Origin: Chlamydiales bacterium | GTDB taxonomy: Bacteria; Chlamydiota; Chlamydiia; Chlamydiales; JAAZZY01 | Direction of reading: 5' to 3' | Assembly: GCA_965206695.1 (NCBI GenBank) | Contig: CBDBKM010000010.1 | Coordinates: 384,001-448,000, forward strand | DNA: 64,000 nt | Shown: positions 57,597 through 64,000 of the stretch, piece after piece | Layout: each line of letters begins with the position of its first letter | Position numbering within the stretch: position 1 is the stretch's first letter | Translations under genes and position numbers: made by a program | Notes under the pieces: generated by a model | What the model saw: only the letters and a program-made list of their open reading frames with translations | Database searches by the model: none | What the model was told of the DNA's origin: nothing

Positions 57597-58730
57597 ATGA
57601 ATAAATCGATATACCTAGATAATAATGCCACGACTTCTTTGGATTCGCGAGTCTTAAAAGCGATGCAAAAAGATTTTGAAGGCAAACCTTATAACCCATC
57701 AAGTATCCATTTTTTTGGCCGGAGGGCAAAAAATTTATTAATTAAAGCTCGTAGAAAAATTGCTACTACTCTAGGTGTCTCTTCTGATGAAATTTATTTC
57801 ACTTCAGGAGGTACAGAATCGAATAATTTATTAATTCGCGGATTAATATCAAATGCTTCCCGTGGACATATTATATCATCAGATTTAGAACATAGTTCGA
57901 TTTATGAGACGCTACAAAAGATGATTCCCCCTTCATATGAAGTGACTTATCTATCGGGAGGTCTCCATGGAGCTGTTACGAAAAAGAGCCTTTTACATGC
58001 ATTAAGAGAAGATACTAAACTGATTATTCTCATCGCAGTGAATAATGAAACAGGAGTAAAAACTGATATTGATGGAATCGCAGCTATTGCTAACGCGCAT
58101 AATATCCCGTTATTACTTGATGGAATCGCTTGGTTTGGAAAAGAAGAGTATAGGATACCAAAAGGAGTATCAGGTTTAAGTATTAGTGGTCATAAATTAC
58201 ATGCTCCAAAAGGTGTGGGATTATGTTATATATCCAATGACTTGGGTCAAAGTTCCTTGATTACCGGAGGGCCACAAGAAAAGGGGTATAGGGCCGGCAC
58301 TGAAAATCTAAGTGGGATTTTAGGCCTAGCAGAGGCAATCGCACTGCTGCCTGATATTTTGCCGGAGGCAAAAAAAAGAGTTTTGAATTTAAGGCAACGT
58401 CTTGAAGTCGGGATTTATAAGAACCTTAAAGAAGTCTATATTAACGGGACCGGAGATAGAATATGTAATACAGTCAATATTGCATTTTCTGATGTCGAAG
58501 GGGAAGCCCTTTTTATGAATTTAGATATGGAAAAAATTGCAGTCAGTTATGGCTCTGCATGTTCAACAGGTGTTTTAGAACCTTCTAGAGTCTTGGTCAA
58601 TATGGGCATTCCACCTAACTTGGCGCGTTCTTCGCTCCGTTTTTCTCTTAGTCGTTTATCAACCATCGATGAAATAAATCGTACAATTGACATTGTAATA
58701 AGAATAGTTAACCATTTACGTCATTTTTAA
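57597..58730 (+). CDS. iscS: Cysteine desulfurase (IscS/NifS family)
   Basis: IYLDNNATT, NPSSIH, FTSGGTESNN, SGHKLHAPKG, GSACS; ATG 57597 preferred over TTG 57528. Confidence 0.9.
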   Translation: MNKSIYLDNNATTSLDSRVLKAMQKDFEGKPYNPSSIHFFGRRAKNLLIKARRKIATTLGVSSDEIYFTSGGTESNNLLIRGLISNASRGHIISSDLEHSSIYETLQKMIPPSYEVTYLSGGLHGAVTKKSLLHALREDTKLIILIAVNNETGVKTDIDGIAAIANAHNIPLLLDGIAWFGKEEYRIPKGVSGLSISGHKLHAPKGVGLCYISNDLGQSSLITGGPQEKGYRAGTENLSGILGLAEAIALLPDILPEAKKRVLNLRQRLEVGIYKNLKEVYINGTGDRICNTVNIAFSDVEGEALFMNLDMEKIAVSYGSACSTGVLEPSRVLVNMGIPPNLARSSLRFSLSRLSTIDEINRTIDIVIRIVNHLRHF

Positions 58731-58815
58731 CATTGGATTCTTTATTTTAAAATTTTTATTCGACAATTGTCATGAAATGTGTATGGTAGAATCATTATTA
58801 TTTTAATGAAAAGGA

Positions 58816-59622
58816 ATGGTTGTTATGAGGACGATGCATTTGAAGATGCTTTTTGCTTGTTTGATTACATTATTAACAACAACAGCATGTGGACCCTCAA
58901 AAGAAGAAATTGAGGCTAGGCAGCCTGTATGTTTCTCGGCTGAAATAACAACGCCGCAAATTATGCACAAACTATATCATCCGGACGATAAAAATATGCC
59001 CGAACCAATATTTAAAGCAATCTGTTCACAAAATAATGAGTCTCACGATTATAAGAATGCAATTGGATCCGCTACTTTGTTGTATGACCCCACAACGCAT
59101 CAATTAGATTATGCAATTGCTTTTAGAGGTTTAAGTGGTCCACCAATTTTGGTAGAATTATGTTCCGGTCTTTCAGGCAAGGAGGGACGAGTCATTGCGA
59201 CACTCTGTAATAATCTTGTAAGCGATATTCCGGCACTTTATAATCAGGAAAATCAAGGTATGAATGATCATTTTCACCCCTTAAATCCCAATGAATCTGA
59301 TCATCTTGAACAAAATACTGCTTCGAATGAGAACGATTATAAAGCTCCTTCCGACCTGATAGCAAAATGTGTTTCAAAAAATAGTGGTTTTTTAAGCGAC
59401 TCTATTGTTTTTAAAGAAAATAAGGATGCTGTTTCTTCCATGAGTGCTGAAGAAGTACACCACGCTTTGTTAAGTGATCAGCTTTATATAAATATCATTA
59501 CTTGTCTCAATGAACAAGGTGAGGTTAGAGGGCAGATTAAAAAGATAATGATGAGCCAAAAATCAATGCCGGGAAATAATATAAACCGCATGTCACCTCA
59601 GAAACAAAGACAGACGAACTAA
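58816..59622 (+). CDS. CHRD-domain lipoprotein
   Basis: Lipobox-like TTAC; GSATLLYD...LDYAIAFRGLSG, LYINI, GEVRGQI. Confidence 0.7.
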   Translation: MVVMRTMHLKMLFACLITLLTTTACGPSKEEIEARQPVCFSAEITTPQIMHKLYHPDDKNMPEPIFKAICSQNNESHDYKNAIGSATLLYDPTTHQLDYAIAFRGLSGPPILVELCSGLSGKEGRVIATLCNNLVSDIPALYNQENQGMNDHFHPLNPNESDHLEQNTASNENDYKAPSDLIAKCVSKNSGFLSDSIVFKENKDAVSSMSAEEVHHALLSDQLYINIITCLNEQGEVRGQIKKIMMSQKSMPGNNINRMSPQKQRQTN

Positions 59623-60854
59623 ACAATAGTACGGATAGATAATAGTTTTGGGCCGGTCAGTGAACTTTCTTTGATTCGGATTTCAAATTGATCAATATGA
59701 ATGATTTCATCTTTATCAGGATTATGGTTTGAAATTTTGACGACAAGTTGTCCAAGAGTTTCTGTTCCATCCTCTTTTAAAGAGACATTAAATTCCTTAT
59801 TAAAGTCCTTAATCTTCATGTCTCCCGGAAAGGTTCTTTCGATTAAAGAATCTTGAAGGGCACATGTCATGGATGGCAATTCTACAGGTGAGCCAAATAA
59901 CTCTGTAATGATGTCTTCTAATGTCAAAATACCGATAGCTTGACCATTGTAATCGAGTACAACGGCGATTTTTTGATTATTACAGCGAAATTGTTTTAAG
60001 ATTTGAGTGATCGTAGAATTTTGCATAACAAACCAAGGAGGGTGTATATAAGAGGTTAATTGCTTTGTAGCATCCACTTCAATCAAATAACGGCAAGAAG
60101 CAATCCCAATAATTTTATTACGGAAGTTCTGATAGACAGGAAGGTGAGCATGATAGGTCTTATTCAGTATGGAATGCATTTGGCCTACAGAATAATGTAC
60201 CGGTATCATTTGAACGGCATGTAATGGTATCATCAAATGTTTGGATAATTTTTGCTCCATAGAAAAGATATTGGATACCAAAACATTCATATCCTCTTCA
60301 TTTAAATCGTGAGGCTTTTGATGTTTTTCTTCTATGGCCCTTTGAATTTCATCTCTTGAAAGAAAGATATTTTGCCTTGAACTCTTACCTGTGATGAGAA
60401 AATGAACACTTTTGGTAATAAGACTTAAAAACCAATTAAAGGGTGTCATGATTTTTGCTGAGAGGTATAGAAGCGGCATACCTAACATCACAACATGTTC
60501 CGCATATTTCCTACCCGCAAACATGGGAGTTAATTCAGCAAAAATAAGAACCAAAAAAACTTGAGTTAAAGGAGCCATATCAGGATTAACACTAATAGAT
60601 TCATAAAAACGTCTAGAACATTCAGAACCAATTTGAAGGCCGATGTTAACGCCTAATAGAGTCGTTCCAAATAATTTAGAAGGATTTTTTAATAAAGCAT
60701 TTAACCAAATAGCCCTTTTATTACCGTTACTGACATAATACTGTAATCGCACTTTATTGAAAGAGACCGAAGCCATTTCAAGCATAGAGTAATAGCCTTG
60801 AATCAAGATGCAAATGATTGTAAGTATTAGCCATAACCAGGAATTTTCAGTCAT
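59619..60854 (-). CDS. CNNM/CBS (TlyC/hemolysin-family) membrane protein
   Basis: YSMLEMA, TTLLGVN, FAELTP, GILTLEDI. Confidence 0.88.
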   Translation of the reverse strand: MTENSWLWLILTIICILIQGYYSMLEMASVSFNKVRLQYYVSNGNKRAIWLNALLKNPSKLFGTTLLGVNIGLQIGSECSRRFYESISVNPDMAPLTQVFLVLIFAELTPMFAGRKYAEHVVMLGMPLLYLSAKIMTPFNWFLSLITKSVHFLITGKSSRQNIFLSRDEIQRAIEEKHQKPHDLNEEDMNVLVSNIFSMEQKLSKHLMIPLHAVQMIPVHYSVGQMHSILNKTYHAHLPVYQNFRNKIIGIASCRYLIEVDATKQLTSYIHPPWFVMQNSTITQILKQFRCNNQKIAVVLDYNGQAIGILTLEDIITELFGSPVELPSMTCALQDSLIERTFPGDMKIKDFNKEFNVSLKEDGTETLGQLVVKISNHNPDKDEIIHIDQFEIRIKESSLTGPKLLSIRTIV

Positions 60855-62108
60855 GAGAGTTCCTTTGTCTTGTTAGTATCATCCTTAGCTAATTGACGAA
60901 TATAGATGCGTCTAACTCGATTGGGGTCCGCTGCTAAAACATGAAAAAAGAAATGATTGGTTGTATATTTCATTCCTGTTTTTGGAATAGTTCCTAACTG
61001 TTCTGTCAACCAGCCTCCTATCGTAACCATGTTCATGTCACTGTCTAAAGGAATATGAAAGATATGTTCAAATTCGGCCAATTCTAATTTTCCACTGGCG
61101 ATGATAGTATTTTCTCCTACAAGGGTATAGCGTACTTTTGCATCTCGTTTATCGACAATTTCTCCAACGACAATTTCTACAAGATCTTCCCGGGTAATCA
61201 AGCCTGATATTACCCCATACTCATTTACGACAATAGCAAGGAGGTCATTTTTGCTATTTAATTGATTTAATAAATTTTTAGCGCTCATTGCCTCAGGTAC
61301 AAAGTAGGGTTTTTCTAAAAAGGGAAGTATATCTGTTGAGGAAGTTAATTTATGACGGTGTAAAAAGAAATTTTTCACAGTGATAACTCCCTCAATATTT
61401 TCAATATTCTTTCTGCAGACAGGGACGCGAGATAGCTCTTGTTCGGTAAAAAAAATTGTTAATTCAGAAAGAGGTTTTGATAAATCAAAAAAAAGGATTT
61501 CTTCTCGAGGGCGCATTAACTCTTTTACTAACATATCTTGAAGGTTGAGGTAGCCATGTATAAGGGTGCGTTCATCGGTATTTAAAACACCGGATTGTTC
61601 GGATGTTCTTAATACTTGTTTTAATTCAGGGGTAGAAATTCGCTTTTCCTTTTTTAAGAAGAAGAAGAACAATCTGGCTAGATGACGAGTCAAAAATGTT
61701 AATAAAAATCCTAAAGGACCTAAAATAAATCGAAAAGATGCAATTATGGGAGCTACCCAATAAGATAATCGTTCATTATTATTTATAGCGATACACTTTG
61801 GAATGACTTCGCCAAAAATAAGAGTCAAAATAAGAGGAAAGCCAACGGTTAGAAGCCAACTGGAGTAATCGCCAAAAAGATTAGAGGCAACATTTTGAAC
61901 TAAAATATTGACTAAAAACATTAACCATTAGGATCGTAACTAATAAATTCAAGGGTTTGGAAAGAAGCTTTGCTACTAATTGTTTACGTTGGTTCCCATC
62001 TTTTCTCAGAGAACGTACTTTCATTGATGAAAGAGAAAACATAGCGGTCTCTGATGCTGAAAAAAAAGCGGAAATGAATGTGAAAATAATCAGCAAGAAT
62101 ATGAACAT
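60851..62108 (-). pseudogene. Second CNNM/CBS (TlyC-family) protein with a +1 frameshift at 61914-61918
   Basis: SAFFSASETAMFS in one frame; FGEVIPK, SRVPV, GLITREDLVE in the next; removing one T restores LMVNVLVNILVQN. Confidence 0.85.
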
Positions 62109-62123
62109 GTGAAATTTTCGAGT

Positions 62124-62441
62124 TTAATCCTGAGTAAAGTGCACTTTAATATATCCTTCCGGGACAAGGCCTAATTCTTTTTTTAGAATCATTTCGATCC
62201 AGACCGGATCTATATGGCTTTGAATCTGAGCAGATAATTCATTATGGAGGATAAGAGCTTCCTCTCTGGTTTTGATTAAGTGTCCGAGTTTAGATTGAAG
62301 TCCCAGGTATTGCTGCTTTTGATATTGTCCAACTTTAGACAATCCTCCATAGAGGATAATTAAAAATACAAAAAACCACCAAGAATATACAAATACTTCT
62401 TCAAAAATAATTTTCTTAAGAGTTTTCTTCGTTTTTACCAT
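62124..62441 (-). CDS. FtsB/DivIC-like small membrane coiled-coil protein (CT038-like)
   Basis: One TM segment, coiled coil, DPVWIEMILKKELGLVPEG; next to dcd-ruvB. Confidence 0.6.
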   Translation of the reverse strand: MVKTKKTLKKIIFEEVFVYSWWFFVFLIILYGGLSKVGQYQKQQYLGLQSKLGHLIKTREEALILHNELSAQIQSHIDPVWIEMILKKELGLVPEGYIKVHFTQD

Positions 62442-62939
62442 TGGATATCAACTCAATTACTACAAATACTTAAACTAATAAAGCCGTATTAGTTTGTATC
62501 TTTTGCTTTGAAGCACGCAATAACTATCATTTGTCACTGCCTTATATTAAGTTTATTTTCATCCTTTTGATCTTTATTGCAATCAAAAACTTAAGTCATT
62601 GATTTTTAAAATAGATGAAACGCTTCCTTTAAAGCGATAATGTAACAGGGTAAAATTATTTTTTCTACGTTATTAAGTAGGAAGTATTGTTTCAGGAATG
62701 ACTGCGTAGATCTTGCATATTTTTATTAATAATAAAAGACACTCAATCTTGATATCAAGGTTCTTATTATGAGTTTATTGTACCTCATTTTATTATAATA
62801 GAACAAATGCTTCAACAAAGAGATTTGATTTTAAAATAATATTTTTGCTAATTTAGATTTTTTGAGAAAGAGAGTGGTTCGCGATAATAGACAAGTCTCA
62901 ATAACTTTGGTACAGAGTTTCATTCTCTTTCTCATTTTT

Positions 62940-63513
62940 TTACATTCTTGGAATTGTAATTCCTTCTTGCATCATATACTTGCCTTTGCGATCAGCATAT
63001 GAGATATCGCAAACCTCATCAGCTTCAAAAAAAAAGAACTTGAGCCGGGCCTTCATTAGCATATATTTTTGCCGGCAAAGGAGTTGTATTAGATATCTCT
63101 AATGTGACATATCCTTCCCATTCCGGTTCAAAAGGGGTGACATTCACTATAATACCGCACCGGGCATAGGTTGATTTTCCAAGGCAGATAGTCATAATAT
63201 TACGTGGAATACGACAATATTCAACACTCCTGGCCAATGCAAAGGAATTTGGCGGGACAATGCAGACATCACTCTGAATATCAACAAAAGAATGATCTCG
63301 GAAGTTTTTCGGGTCTACGATAGAATTATGAACATTGGTAAAGACCTTAAATTCGTCTGAAACACGAAGGTCATATCCATAACTTGATAGCCCAAAACTC
63401 ACAATTTTTTCTTGCAATTTTTGATTGAAACTTGATTGATTCTCTGCAAAAGGCTCAATCATTCTCATTTTTTTGGCCATCGTGCGAATCCGGTGATCCG
63501 GTTTAACACTCAT
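62940..63513 (-). pseudogene. dcd: dCTP deaminase with a +1 frameshift in a T9 run (63027-63035)
   Basis: [25 protein letters not shown]; removing one T restores [21 protein letters not shown]...IPRM*. Confidence 0.88.
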
Positions 63514-63612
63514 AATTGTTGCCTCTGTAAACTTTTTCCTTCTTTTTTGTCCTAAGATTCAATACAATAATCCTTTAATATCATTTCAATCCAGTTTATT
63601 TATTTTCGTTAT

Positions 63613-64000
63613 ATGCAGTCATCGGATCCGGATTTTATAAAATCGTCTCTTTCCAGCGAAGATGTTCATTTCGAGGTACCGTTGCGCCCTCAATATTTAA
63701 AAGATTTCTCCGGTCAAGAACGACTAATAGACAGACTAAAAATTTTTATAGGAGCAGCTAAAAAAAGAAATGAAACATTAGGGCATGCTCTTTTTAATGG
63801 TCCTCCCGGTCTAGGTAAGACAACATTAGCCGGTATTATAGCCAAAGAAATGCAGGCCAATATTGTGATAACCTCAGGACCTGTTATTGAGAAACCCGGC
63901 GATTTGGCGGGCTTACTAACGAATCTGAAAAAGGGTGACATTCTATTTATTGATGAGATTCATCGTTTAAATCGCGTTGTGGAAGAATACTTATACCCTG
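63613..64000 (+). CDS. ruvB: Holliday junction helicase RuvB, 5' part; runs off the window end
   Basis: Manual translation [36 protein letters not shown]. Confidence 0.96.
   Translation, partial: MQSSDPDFIKSSLSSEDVHFEVPLRPQYLKDFSGQERLIDRLKIFIGAAKKRNETLGHALFNGPPGLGKTTLAGIIAKEMQANIVITSGPVIEKPGDLAGLLTNLKKGDILFIDEIHRLNRVVEEYLYP

Noticed and set aside
62442..62939. Possible tmRNA or other ncRNA in the long intergenic gap
   Set aside because: Very AT-rich, with no tRNA-like ends or strong stems recognisable.
63714..63941. Minus-strand 75-aa ORF, and similar antisense ORFs at 4934, 17904, 44058, 51191 and 54194
   Set aside because: Antisense shadows of ruvB and other well-supported genes.

Overview
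AT-rich chromosomal window from an environmental/symbiotic member of the phylum Chlamydiota. The assignment rests on the 16S signature CGGCGTGGATGAGGCAT, the canonical malQ-scc1-copN-cdsV-cdsU / ychF type III secretion block, and the CT253-CT259-like and dcd-ruvB gene order. Core blocks (about 1-7 kb, 9.3-16.8 kb with a full 16S-tRNA(Ala)-tRNA(Ile)-23S-5S operon, 36-41.5 kb and 53-64 kb) alternate with IS-shredded accessory DNA (IS630, IS30, IS4, IS5, ISL3, IS701, IS982, IS200/IS605). Main observations: (1) a bacterial PPR-SMR protein, an architecture known from plant organellar RNA-binding proteins; (2) a window-wide CTGG/CCAG to CCGG substitution bias that is saturated at synonymous sites, purged at non-synonymous sites and destroys conserved Trp codons in dead genes; (3) a candidate 2H phosphodiesterase effector; (4) a mobile ~300-bp non-coding element in two copies; (5) orphan TnpB omega-RNA ends and a 47-bp IS605 mini-element; (6) a broken primase/HGGxSTG satellite-like element; (7) a xylose-isomerase sugar cluster and olsBA-like genes. 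All family calls come from motif recognition by eye; no database search was run.
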